Positions 36,103 through 49,281 of a stretch of DNA of 64,000 nucleotides are shown in pieces (position 1 is the stretch's first letter; each line of letters opens with the position of its first letter). The notes under the pieces were generated by a model. The model made no database searches and was not told the origin of the DNA. It saw nothing but the letters and a program-made list of their open reading frames with translations. Source of the DNA: Macrostomum lignano (Eukaryota); the NCBI GenBank assembly GCA_002269645.1, contig NIVC01000368.1, forward strand, positions 186,001-250,000, written 5' to 3'. The position numbers and the translations under genes were made by a program.

Positions 36103-37226
36103 GGTGCTAGGAAGGCCCGGTTGCAAGAGAACAAAAAGGATAATACAAGGGATGAAATACTGCCCTAGGGTTGTAGCGAATTGGTGGGATACCAATCCGC
36201 CTCATCCCTGAGGCACCTTCACCCACAGGTACGCTCCTTTGTTCAATGCAGCCTCACAGCAGGGCGGTCTACTCTTGGGATAAGACTAGACCAAACGAAA
36301 GTGAATTTTTGAAGCCAGCTACAACGCTATATAATCTAACACTAACCACATTAACCCGGAAACAAACTGTATCCACAAATATTCCTTATTCTGATAATTT
36401 TTGTACCTGAATTTTATCTCTCGATATATCCACCATGTTACGCTTTACTCTCAACGCCGTGATATTCCACGCCCTCCGACACTTATATTAGACCATTTAA
36501 CGACTGCACACTAACGTTTTACTGCCTTCTGCAGATTTCTAACATCTTATATCTTACTATAGCAGAAAACACACCGATAACAGATGAATTAAATCCTTGT
36601 TAGCACAAGGATTTCGAAAAAAGGGGGAATCATATAAGAGTTAGAAATCTGAAGTTTTGACCCTAAGTTAGAAGATAGGTAGAAATTTATGAAAAGCCCA
36701 GGCGCAGTGAAGGGCGAGGCAGAAGAGTACAATGGAACCCCTAGATAGCTATTAGAAAGGCGAACAGAAGCAGCGTTAAGATAATTAATCAACTGTCAAG
36801 TCAATTTGAATAGCCGAATCTAACAAAGCCTCTTTCCATTCCAGTTAGTAGCGTCACCCCGCCGCAGGCACAATGGCGACTAAACCGGCCGGGAAAAGCA
36901 AACTAAGCAGCAGCCTGACTTAGAGAACAACGCGGCACGCGGCATCTTCTGGCGCACCCTGAGGGAGAAAACGTGAGGCCCACCTACAGACTCCTACCCA
37001 ACCCGAAGCTGCCCGAGAAGGCCAGATCAACCCCAAGCTGCTTGACAACCGAGAGAAACAGAGGACTGTTTAACCATTCATGGACAGAGTGTAGAGACGG
37101 AAAACTAAGCACTTTTTCTATAATCTTTCTATCCCAAATTTTATCCAACTCAACACATAGATTTGCGAAAGCCCGAATAATCTCTAACCTTCACACTTAG
37201 CAACCAACTAGAACTAACTAAATTCA

Positions 37227-37750
37227 TGTACAATTAGGGGACTGAGTCCCAGTTTGTTATTGCTCAAAACCCCCCGCCGTTGCTAACAACGCGAAGACAC
37301 CCCACCGGCGGCGGGGGAGGCCAAACATGCTAATTGGTACAAATAGACGCTCATCTCAAACTGGAGCGGCGCCTCGTTTTTTTCCTGCGCAGTTTCGATC
37401 TTGAATTGCTCCATTTGAATTAGCTTCTGGATTATCCGGTTGGCAGAAACCAGAGTCTCAAATCGATTATTTGCCTTAACTATTGCGTAAAACGAATACT
37501 AGACAGAATCGAACTCAGCTTAGATACTAGGATATCCCGTCAGTTTATACGGTCTTCTCTGACGGCCTGATAGGAGAGACTAAGAGCTGTAAGAACCTTA
37601 GACCGCTAGACATCTATCTTAAGAAAGTGAGAACACGAACTCAAAGGCCCCAGAGAAAGACTCGTATACTAGCTAAGTAGTGGCGCCATTATACGCTCGT
37701 ACAAACATAAATATGGCGAATAGGTTTTAGCAAATTAATAAGAACATACA
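37227..37750. repeat. Candidate LTR of element B
   Basis: TGTA...TACA termini on a GC-balanced segment before AT-rich flank; no plus-strand PPT seen. Confidence 0.35.
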
Positions 37751-38717
37751 CACCCCCCCTAGTATTGAATTTAAATGTCTTAAGTCTATTCTATTTTTTG
37801 TTGAATCTATATGTTTTTATTTTTTTAACATTTCATCTTACTGAAACTGTTTTAAATGTGGTATTATCTAGATGCTTCTTTTAACCTATCACTAAATCAC
37901 CACTGGTTCACACGACCTCGAAACGACATCGAATCAAGCAGTATACCTCGATTTGACTATATTCTGGTTTTTCCAACAATTTGTTTATATAAACCATCCC
38001 CGTGGTGTCGAATGTATTAAAAAACATAGATTTTTTTAAAATTAAAATGATAAAGTATGACGTAATGACATCGTATCCATGCCGTAAAGTAGGACCTCGT
38101 TTGTACGATAATTAACTTCGATAAGAAGTTGATAGTTCAAATTTTTGACAACAAAAAACATGTATTAAAATGAAAGTACCACTGTTAATTCAAAGATTTT
38201 TATAATCATTTTTTACCAGTTATGTTTTAGCATTAACGAACAATAAAGAGTATTTTTTTCAATTGTTATAGTACGTTTATTAAATATGGACAGACTAGTC
38301 TATCTGCGGTTTTAAATTATTTTCCAGACCTACGGCCCCCTCTATACACGTGCGTGCGGACGTGTCAGTATAGAGTATAGTCTACAAATGATTATCTTTG
38401 CTGCGCTAGAATTGTTATTGAAAGATAAAGTTAAAAAGTAATATACACTGCGTTTCAAATAAGCTTGTCTAATATAGTTCATAATAAACTTTCATTCTTT
38501 ATTTTTCATTTTTTTTAAAAATATTGAAAAAAATGAATGTTTCAAAAACATTCATTTTTGAATTCATTGCTTATATTCAAATTCATTTATATTATAGTTA
38601 TACTTAATTTTATGTTCATAATTTGAGTAAGATACTGTGTCTAACTCTATATTTTAATAAAAGTTTAATTTCCTCTTACTGGAGACTCCAAGCCTAGTAG
38701 ATTCTGAAAGCATGGGC

Positions 38718-38897
38718 AGCAGGCAGTGGAGCTTGTGACACCGGGGGCACATACCCACCTCCCCTAGAAAATAAGTCCATATGGAAATTTTAGTGCTTTT
38801 TCTTATTTTAGCCTTTAATTAGCAGCTTATAAAGGTACATGTGGCCCACTTTCTTTGTGCCCAATGCCCCCCTTAAATATTAGGCTCCACTGCCCCT
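38718..38897. mobile_element. Small hAT-like MITE
   Basis: GGCAGTGGAGC ... GCTCCACTGCC inverted ends. Confidence 0.45.
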
Positions 38898-39842
38898 GTC
38901 TGAATGTTAAAAAATTCAAAGTTGTGTAATATAAATTTTAATTTTTGTCAAGATTAATAAATATACTGCTTATTTAAACTTCTATTTTTAGTGAGTGAAC
39001 ATTTACTTTATTGCTTAACATAGTTTTTTTAAAAGAATTTTCATAGAGCAAAACAAGTTTGTTTATGTAAAATATATATTAAATGAAAGTAGTGCATTCA
39101 AGTATTTTTCAATTCCACATAGCTGGCCAATATAGACAAGTTTTGGCCTACAATTCGGTTTTTATATTTTATTATATGACACATTCTATGAATGTTTTAT
39201 GTTTACTATACAAATTATCTTTTATTTTAATTTTATTTAGACATCATAATATCAATCATATATTTCATGTATATGATATTAACTAGTATTTTTTATATCT
39301 ATGAATAACTTGTAGCATCCAAGTGTTTTAGTTATTAGGCCTAGTAGAAATAAGGGCATTCTTTCGTTTTACGATCCCTGAGCAGGTCAAGTTTTATCTT
39401 ATGATCCCCAAAAAAAAGAGTTGAAAAGACACTCTAGTTTATCAAAAAGTACATTTCACATTTATTTTTCAAGAAAAAAATCACTGCAACTCACTTTCTA
39501 GTCAACTTAAATCATCACTGCAACTTACTTTTCAGTCAACTTGAGGATTGTGGGTGTAGCATAGTTATGAAAGCATATAGCTTATATTCACTTTGTCATA
39601 CAATCATTTAAATGGTGAAATTATGTGTAGAATGATCGCAGGACAAAACCAAAAGAGCTTGTAGGTTTTGAATTATGATCACCGCATTAGTAGAATTGTA
39701 TTGAAGGGATTGTATGATGAAAGTGAATGGATTGCTATGTCCTAAATTGCTATATTAACTGATCATTGTCACTCTATGGACTGTATCTTAAAACTGTATT
39801 TGTTATAAAATTTGCATGCGTCGGCGTACACTGCCCCCCCTC

Positions 39843-40922
39843 ACTTTTGTTATACAATCACCCCTTGGTATAACACATAGGTCCAATGAACTGGGGATCG
39901 TTAGACAAAAGTTAGGGGGTACCCAAAAAGGGTGCAATATAGTTTATTTAGTAAAAAATGCTTCTTATGTGCGCCACAGGGACTTGGCTTTCTATTTACA
40001 GACATATTGTAGAGAGGCTAGCTGCAATTGATTGTTTAGTTAAAACGTCTATTATAGCAACAATTTTCTACCATTTTGTCATACAATCCCTCCAATACAA
40101 TTTTAACATTAATGTGATCATAATTCAAAAACCTATAAGCTTTTTCAGTTTTGTCTTGCAATCATCTACATATAATTTCACTATTTAAATGATCATATGA
40201 TGAAAGCAAATACCCTATAGGAAAAAGTTGTAAAACCGCGGACGGTGTCCGGCGCACTTTTGAAATTTTTCTAAAGCGCAGCGCGCGCACAGGCGCAGCG
40301 CCTGCGCGCGCGCTGCCCTTTCTTACTGGCTGCTGCTCTAGCAAATACATATACATGGAAATGGGTATAATACCTCTGTTGAAGGGGCTTATATACTCGT
40401 AATTTATTAAGCTTAGAGATGTTCCAAAAATTCAATTTCCAAAATTTGAAATTTTTTAGAGCGAATTTCAATTTCGAAAAAAAATTTAGAAGTGAAAATT
40501 TTGGTAGTGTCTAAAAAGTCGCTAAAAATAAACTACTTTCTACTAAATATACATGTATTACTTTTTACTTAAGCAGTAAATTGAAAGTAAAAAAGTGAGT
40601 GTTGATCATACTAAACTTTGTTTTTCTGAATTATGATTTCGGGAAATTTCAATTTTGATTTTGGAAAGTTAGCGAATTTTTATTTCGACGAAACTGCAGA
40701 TCTTTCGGAACATCTCTAATAATCCTAAAGCGCGGTAAAATAGTTTGACTCTTTTCTAAAGCGCGCGTCCGCGGGTTTTTAACATTTATTCCAATAGGGA
40801 GCAAATATAAGGACACTTCTAACTTCTGTAGGACACAAGATTTTATATTAAAATGATATGCTTAGAAGTGGTCCTATTTTGAACTTTGATTTGTCTTCTG
40901 TGGGGGATTGTATAACAAAAGT
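39843..40922. mobile_element. Inverted-repeat-bounded segment (possible MITE)
   Basis: ACTTTTGTTATACAATC at 39843 and GATTGTATAACAAAAGT ending 40922. Confidence 0.45.
40213..40799. mobile_element. 587-bp MITE with perfect 8-bp TSD
   Basis: TSD AGCAAATA at 40205-40212 and 40800-40807; imperfect ~32-bp TIR CCCTAT...AAAACCGCGGACG. Confidence 0.85.
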
Positions 40923-41986
40923 CCCAACTCCCATAGGGACAGTGCTGGGTCAAAACAAAAGAATGCCAAAATAAGAAATAAAGGCCTAGCTAAAATGTGT
41001 TATACAATTCAATGACAATGAGTTGATCTATTTTAAGATGTGCATAGTTACTTATCCCATTTATCTAATTAATTTTAATAAAATTTTAACAGAGGCAGAA
41101 GGCTTTTTATTTCAATGGATAGAATGGCAGCAAAGAGTTTATGCTTCTTTGTGGGTATATTTATATTTACACAAACTGCGCAAGATTAAGGGGCCTAGAG
41201 AGATTTGAAAAAAGGTGGCATGGCATAATAAGCTATGCTAACCCCCAGCTTAGTGAGCTGGCTAGCCTGGTGCATAACCAGTTTTACAACATGCCAATTT
41301 TAGTGAGCAACAAAGACTAGGCAAAGCCTCTATATGGAATCAAGATAATAGAATAAGATAAGATAATAGAAAGTTAAAACCCATGCTGCCATTGTCAATA
41401 ACCTGAATACAAAAAATGCTTTAGTTTTATAACACAATATATTGACCTAAATATTTTAATGAGAAAGTTTTAAATAATAATTTATTGTAAGATATATGAC
41501 AATAATATAATAATACCTTAAAAACCAGGTTGTTTCATTTCAATGGCCATGGCATAATTTCAACTCATATTAAACATGATTACATGAAATTGATTGTTAA
41601 TACACATTATTTGAGCCTGATGTGAAAAAGTGAGATCCCCAAAATGCCAAAACAAGCTGAAATTTAATTCATTGAATTCAACTATGCTGTTTAGCTTGCA
41701 ATATTTTTCCTTTATCACTTGGGTATTATAAAAAGCAGACATATAGTTTAACAAATATTTAATGTTTTAAACAAAAACCTTTTTTGTTCTATTTAGCTAT
41801 CTAAAATTGGAATAAGGTGTAAAAAATAAGCTGTTGAGCTTTTATTAGAACGAATATTGGTAAGATAATCTTAATAAAAATCTAGCTAAGAGAATCTTAG
41901 TACTCTTGGAAAATCATTTACTTAAATAATTTTAGTATAAAATTTTGTCATACCCTCAAAACAATCATTTTTTTAACTTTTATGAA

Positions 41987-43950
41987 ATGGCTTCTAGACA
42001 AACAGCAAATCGCTACATCCGTGAATATCTGTTGACTCTGATGTCAGCAGACAGCACTGCTAATTGTGTAGAGGATGAGAGTTTGTCTGAAGTTTCTGCT
42101 TCATTTCAACTTTCTGAAGCTGAAGAGTTTGCGAATCCGCACGTGTGGAAAGACCTGGCTCCAGATGCTGGTGAAGACAATTCGGAAATCCCATATTGCT
42201 ACTCGCACGAAAGTAGTGGTGAATCTTCTGATACAAGCGATGACGAGTCAGGTTCTGCAACAAGCAATCCGCAAACAAGCCGCCCTTCGCTGCCGGCGAA
42301 GCTTCTGACTTTCATGCTGATATTTTCTGTTAGCAAAAGAGCTATGCAACACCTTTTAGTAATTCTGAACGAGGAGGGTTGCAATGTACCGAAGTCGGTC
42401 AGCACTTTGAAACGCTATTGTCAACCTATTTCACATGACCTTTTATCTGTCGCATGTGGTGGCCAATTCGCCTACTTCGGTATTATGAACAATATTCGTT
42501 TTTGCTTCGAACGCCAGCTTTTAAAGCTCAATGATCACTTCCAGAAGTTGACAATATTAGTCAACTTTGATGGGGTTCCCGTGTACAAGAGCTCGAAAAT
42601 GTGTCTATGGCCCATTTTGCTTGCCATTAAAGGTGTTGATTTATCTGTCCCTTTACCAATCGGAGTTTTTTGCGGCACCAACAGGCCACCATTGAGTACG
42701 TATCTTGAGAGTTTTGCTCAAGAGTTGCGCTCTTTAATGGAAACTTACGTTTCCATTGCTAATAAAGCTATAACAATCGAACGCTGCATTATTATTGCTG
42801 ACGCACCTGCCCGTGCGTTCATTCAAGGAATTTACAGCCATTCGGCTAGACTCGCATGTGGATATTGCAAAATTGAAGGCTCTCGTATTGAAAACCGTAT
42901 GTGCTTTCCTTATAATCAATATGAGCCACGTACCAACGACGCTTACATGTCCATGCGTGAAAGTAACCAACTTGTATCTTCTCCATTACTCGGCATTGTC
43001 AATTTCGTGGAAGATCTCCCCCTGAATACATGCATTCGGTGTGTCTAGGTGTTGTGAAGCGTTTGTTTTCTTTATATGTTTCTTCTATTAAGGGTATTAA
43101 GTTACCGTGCCGATTGTCTGCTGTTCAGAGAATTCATCTTTCGCAGCTAATGATTCAAGTTTCTAAGTGCTTGCCCCGTGAGTTTCACAGAAAGCTCAGA
43201 AGCCTCGACGAATTCGAGCACTTCAAGGCGTGTGAGTTTAGGACTTTAATTGTGTACCTCGCTCCCGTTTTGTTTCGTAAGTTTCTACCAGCTCCTTATT
43301 TTGACCACCTGATGCTATTGCATGTAGCAATCTTTTGCTTTGTTTCACAAGAGCTTTCTACTTCTCTGTTTCATCAAGCATCTTCTTGTATTACACTTTT
43401 TTGCCAGAGAGCTCCAGGATTATACAAAGGTGCTCTGCAATCTTTTAATGCGCATCTGTTATCCCACATGCCTCATTTTGTAGAATCACTCGGTCCATTG
43501 GATCAGTGGTCTGCATTTTTTTTCGAAAACTACAACGGAGTTTTGAAGCATCGCTTAAGGTGCACATCAAATATTTTCATGCACACCATAAATACTATGT
43601 CTCACATTCGAAACGCTTTTGTTACTACTACTCCTCGCCCGCTATACTTTTCCTGCGCGTCGCCGGACAATTGTTGTATTACTCAATGTGGTCATGTACT
43701 TGCTATTTCAGCTCTATCTATCGAGTATGGGCGCACAAAAGTTATTGGTAAAATTTTTCAATTTGTTAGAGACATGTACTCTTTTCCATATAGCTCTTCA
43801 TCAATAGGCATTGGTATATATAAACTGACAAACAATAGCGTTTATGATGCCACGGCAAAGTCCAAATGTATTCTGATACCACGTGAGAGCAATGAGTATT
43901 TCGTTATTCCTCTCGCCAATCCTGATTTGGCTCTCTTTTCGCCATCCTAA
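41987..43950 (+). CDS. CACTA/EnSpm transposase, split by a single-base frameshift at the C-run near 43018-43022
   Basis: NFDGVP, IADAPARA, H..RLACGYC, EYMHSVCLGVVKRL, FKACEFR, FFENYNG; adding one C gives LPPEYMH. Confidence 0.88.
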
Positions 43951-43970
43951 TCCTATTTTGACTCCATTCT

Positions 43971-44351
43971 ACTTCGGGTGTGTCATAAGTAATGCCACTG
44001 CATCCTTCTGTCTAAAGTATGTAGGCATATGCACTTAAGGATGGTCCAGCTGCAACGTATAATTCACCAAAATCTCAGCAAGACGCCTGCGCCAAGCAGA
44101 TTCGCATGGACTTTTCCAAAAGGAGTTTTCGCAAAGTATGAAGATGTCAACAGGCCGTGTTGCACTGGTTCCGGCAGCTGGAGGAAAAACTGGAGGAAGG
44201 CTGAGTTGGAGAAGCTGTATGAGCACTGCCAGGGGTCGATTGATATTGGGGGGACACTGTGTTGTTGATAGATACGGTTTTGTTCATCTGCGGTTGTAAG
44301 TTTGTCTGTTTTCACATCACTCAGTGACATTTCTTATGACACACCCGAAGT
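43971..44351. mobile_element. ~380-bp TIR-bounded insert inside the CACTA element
   Basis: Perfect 19-bp IR ACTTCGGGTGTGTCATAAG / CTTATGACACACCCGAAGT, extending to ~30 bp. Confidence 0.6.
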
Positions 44352-44823
44352 GTATCGGTATTTTGCGTCTTTGTTTCGTGTTTTACGGTTTAAATTCTCA
44401 CAAAAGTCTTATGCATTATTGGCTTGTGTAAACATTGGGACTTTTAATTAATGCTCTTGAAGAATGAGCTCCAGTTTGACTTTAACTTCTTTATTTTTTA
44501 TTTGCACTTTGGATATTATAAGTATAAAAAGATACTTAACTGCTTGTAATCTTCAAGTTTTGTTCATATTTTTAGATAATGAACCGCCGTTATTTTAAAT
44601 TACTAGTCCACCCAATCTGCATGCTGCCCTATACTTTCTTTTTCTATCTAGTTAGCTTGTATCGACTATGGGGAGCTAGAATACTGCCTAGAACTTGTTC
44701 GCCTGCCAAATTCCTTTACCGAGGATCGCTTACTAAAAGTAAAATTATTGAACAAATGCTAAAATTTTGATAATTTTCTCAAAACTAATTAAATAGCCAG
44801 TCCATTTGTTTAAAATTGCAGAA

Positions 44824-46732
44824 ATGTCGCAAGCAGGCGAGTCAACTGCATTTATGCTGTTTTTTCGGACTTTTAATCAATTCCGCGTAATTGCTGGTGA
44901 TTTCATAGATTTGCCGCACCGCAATTGGACAGAGGAAGACTGGATGGACACTGGGTACGCAGAAGTCGCAGTTGACTTGCAGGACGAAAATGGATCAAGT
45001 ACAGGCATTGTAGTCCAAGTGGCTACATCTATTACCGATCTAAATGAGACATTTAAAAAGGCAAAGGATCTTCGCTACAAAAAAAACTTCTCGTTGGCCA
45101 AAATCCTGACGTTCTTTCGCCGTTTTAAGTCCGGTCGGGATCACGTGCCGCCTATGAGAAACCTAACTACCGAAGATGAGCAAACCGATGCAGATTTAGA
45201 TGCTGCAGCAGTACGAGTGAAGGCTTTACCTGCACAGCATCAACAACAGCAAGAGATTCAGCTGCCATCAATGCCTGCCAAAAATGCACCATTAACTACA
45301 CGTACAATTTCGAATGAGTCAGCGGTTGAGACTACTGTTGTTTCGACAGGCGTGTCTACGAATTTGGTTAGTCATGCATCAGCATCGTTTGCCCCTCAGC
45401 CCCGCGGTGGTGGAAGGTTTCAGTCAAATCTACGACCGTACATTCAGTCGCTGCAGGCGCAGGGTATTGACCCCTTCTCTCCGGACGGTCATACTCATCT
45501 GCTGCTCCTTGTCCTTACGGAAGTGACCAAACTAAAACAAACGATTGCAGAAATCAGACCTGCTGCGTCAATGGCCAACACCAACACGGCAATTGATTTG
45601 GGCCTTCCTATCAAGGACCGTGAAGAATACGCCGCTTTCTCGAACCGCGTCAAGGAGAAAAATTTTCGACAAAGTATTGTGAGTCTGACCGCATGTTTAT
45701 TTTTCTGAGTGCATATTATACAGACAATCATTTATGGCATGTTTGGATTGAGTAATTTCCCTATCCTGTATACTTCGCATATCGAATGTCATGGTCAACA
45801 ATTTCAAAGTCAAAAGCTAAGACTTAGTGGATATTTTTGATTTAATCAAATAACTATAATATTTGAAGCAGGTGCTTCTGATTGCATTTTTACCTAAGTC
45901 TGATGTCATTGACATCATTGTAGGTTGCTTATCTCCGCCGGCTGGGCGGCCAGTCAGTTGACAGAATGATTACGTCAATGGTGGATGCACTACTGGCAAC
46001 TGATTTTCAACGCCAGTTTAATTTGACTGGGAAGGATTACAGCCAGCAGGGGCGGCCGAGATCGAAGATATCGTTTCGTGAATCTATTGAGCCCATTATC
46101 AGCGGTAAGTCACATACTCTGTGAAGCGTAGTTTTGCAGGAGAATCATAATCCGATTTATTATTTAGTAGTGGCTATTGTTTTTAAAACAAGAGTAAATT
46201 TACTAAGTTTTCTTAATTCCTACATAAAATATAGGAGAATAGAATTAATTACTGTAGAGAACCAAAATTTATCGTAAAGGGAAGGAAATTAGATCGTATA
46301 CCAATGCAGTGCGTTATCAGACTAAATACTATACAGTATGCTGCAGTTGTTGTTTAGAAACTTTCATAACTTCAGGGTCATATCAGTTATTTTCAGCTAT
46401 TATGCCTATCTACTTACGCAATATAGCTTTATTCAGATGTTAGCTCTAATATATTGGCCTATTGATGGTATTTTAAGTATGCAAATTTAATCTTTTTTCC
46501 AGAAGCAATGGCCACGTGCAAGCCGCCAGTCACGTCGGCTGAGGTCACCCGGCGCATTAGTCGCTATCTGCAGGATGTTGGCCAGCGTTGTAAAGCCCTA
46601 ACGCGCTTAAACCCTCAGCCTGACGGCAATGAGGAAAGCCAAACCGAGGGACGCGATTCTGCCGACTGCGACAGCGAGGATGAAGATTTTGAACCACTTC
46701 ACAAGAGAGTGGCAAGGCAAAGGGAGACCTAA
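44824..46732 (+). CDS. Second CACTA gene, DUF4806/BEN-like; exons 44824-45678, 45924-46104, 46503-46732
   Basis: GT-AG junctions keep frame; LPIKDREEYAAF..LRRLGG..MVDALL..FNLTG..ISRYLQD pattern typical of DUF4806 proteins in animal EnSpm elements. Confidence 0.7.
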
Positions 46733-49281
46733 TTTTGATGCTGTACGACGCACTCCATCTATGAAACAGTTCATGAATTTCTTACTCAGCACATTTTTTG
46801 TTTTGCTTTCCTTGTTTTTCTTGTTTCTTGAGTATTATGCAAACTATGGTACAAGCAAATTATATTAAAGAAAAACTGGGATATGAAAAGCAAAAACAAT
46901 TTTGCTGTCGACAATCGGTTACGAGGGAAAACTAGCAAAGCATAAGAATGGGTCAAACTTGTGAAATATAAGAGATAATAACTACATGTAACATACGCTC
47001 GAAGTTGTTATAGTAGTGGTAAGATCACCAGGGGAAACAGATAACTGTAAAAATTTTCTCATGTTACTTTTCCTATTTTTTAAAAGCAGAATAAAATTTC
47101 GTTTTTGTTGCATGTACGATTTTTTGTTTCATCATTTATTTTTTATTTTTTATTCTTTTCCGCTTTGCATTCGTTTTCTTTTCGTGTGTTTCGATTGCTT
47201 GTCGGCCAGTGTTTAACGTTTTTTAGAAAAACAAATGTATCAAATAAAGTGCAGACAATCCCCCTAAAATATTATAATGCTGTTCGATATAAATTGTACG
47301 TTTCAATTGCATATCAGCTAGTTGTTTTCTCATCATTGGTTATTTATAAATGCGTCCATGCAGCCAAAAAGCAAGTTTAATTGCAATTCCGTATTTAAAT
47401 CTATGTACAGTACTAAATATACGCGATCTCGTTTTCACCTCGTTTTTATGACTCTGTCACGAGGTCGAATCAACGAGGTCGTTACGCCGGAACATTTAGT
47501 ATACTCGTTACGAGATGCCAAAATGAGGTCGATTCGAGGTCGCATTGACCAGTGGGTAGGTCCTGGAGCCGGCGACGGAACTGCACTGCATGCACAGCTT
47601 GTGGACAAAGCAATTATGCTGCAATGAAATTTATCAGTACATTAGTGACAATTGGACTACAATGCTGAACATTATCATTTTACAACAGGAAATAAATATT
47701 AGTTAACAAAAATATGCACAGTGACAGAAGAACTAACCTTTGGGCTTAGATGGTAAACTGCCAGCAAAATCCTGCTGTTGAGAAATTGATGCCACAAAGC
47801 GACAAAGCAAGCATCTTTAAACAGTTTCTGAATTTTGCTGACATCTTTAAAGAAAACGAATGCAAAAATATATTAAGTTTCATTTTTCTAACTTGAAATA
47901 TCTGACTTTAAGTATTAAGCATACTCATTATTCTTAAAAGGAAATGGTGGGACACTGAAAGCAGCCAACTTCGCCATGGTCCTCCACATCATGACTCAGA
48001 TGCATCAGGAAATACAGAAATGGAAGTTCCTGCACTTGTCCAGTTATTGTCTTGCTGATGTCCTGATGGACCTGCTTAATGCTCATGAATGTTCCTCAGG
48101 CTTTGTGTTGACATAATCTCTTTGGTATTCTGCTGTAATTAGCTGCAATTGCCTTATCTGATGCACATGATGGGAGCATAACATTATTTAACTTCTTGGG
48201 CAAAGTATGCCATCTGCAATGCAAAATTTGATAAAAATATATTATCTGTATATAAGAAACAAAAAATGAATATTTTTCAAGGAAATACATCTAGAATAAA
48301 AGCTTATAAAAATCAATTTTAAATAATCTATAGGTAGCTATTATTTAATGTAAAGATTTATAGGGCCTATGCCTTTTTAGTAAGTTACATTAATTTAATT
48401 ATTAATTTATTAGATAATTATTAAAGATTAAAATAAGATTAGATATTTAATAATTTTATTAGAATTTTTTTAATTTCTATCAATAAATTGAGGGATAAAA
48501 GGCAAAAAATAATAGGCTTACCTAAAAGCCAAGTTAGACATAGAAATTGGTTAAGTTTTTAAAGCAAAGTTTCAAAGCATAAATTATAAAGCAATTTAAA
48601 ATAAATAGACAAAATAGGGCCTAATCAATGGCGTGCTAATGGCAATCCTAATACATAGTCATTATAAAAGTATAGGCCTAAAAAATGCAAAAAATTCTAT
48701 AAACTAACCTCTTAAATTCCTAATTAATAGTACATTAGACTAATTTTAGAAAATATGAATTTTGGCCAAAGATTAGATTAAATAAAGTTAGGGCCTAACT
48801 ATTAATATTAATATGTAGGCCTATGTCATTATAAATATAAATAATTTTTTAAATCATATCTTATTAGATAGCCTAGGTCTAGTCAATAGTCTAAATTATT
48901 AAATTAAGACCTAAAAATATAAAAGGCAAACTTAAGCTTATAAAATAAAGTCTCTATTATCCCCTTGCTTGTTTTCCCCTATTTAAAGACCAATTTTTAT
49001 TGCTTTTTCCAAACCCAGCTTTCTAATGTCATTGTAAGCAGAATGACATCATTTGTGTACATAGCATCATAGGTTACTAAGGAACAGGCTCCACTTTATG
49101 AACTTGATTTGACAAGCCTTTTGGTTTGGCCAAAAACACAACACAATATTTATAGGTAGGTAGGCATAATTAGGTTAGCTTGTTAAGATGTAGACAGCAC
49201 AAAGAAAATGGTAAATTTGAATAATCGTTAAAGACAGTTGACCACAGACCTCTATCATCTTATAAATATAAGGTCATACAA

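Larger units (their letters stand above)
28265..37750 (+). mobile_element. Ty3/gypsy-like element B with gag - env(gB-like) - PR-RT-RH-IN - ORF3 order; 5' truncated
   Basis: See component CDS entries; capsid part of gag and 5' LTR are missing (AT-rich junction and stop at 28258-28260). Confidence 0.88.
37901..47554 (+). mobile_element. CACTA/EnSpm (CMC) DNA transposon
   Basis: Left end CACTGGTTCACACGACCTCGAA; right end reverse-complements to CACTGGTCAATGCGACCTCGAA; CGACCTCG subterminal repeats; encodes transposase and a second gene; no matching TSD. Confidence 0.75.

Noticed and set aside
47941-48290. Possible additional minus-strand exon
   Set aside because: Stops in all frames tried; could not be joined to neighbouring exons
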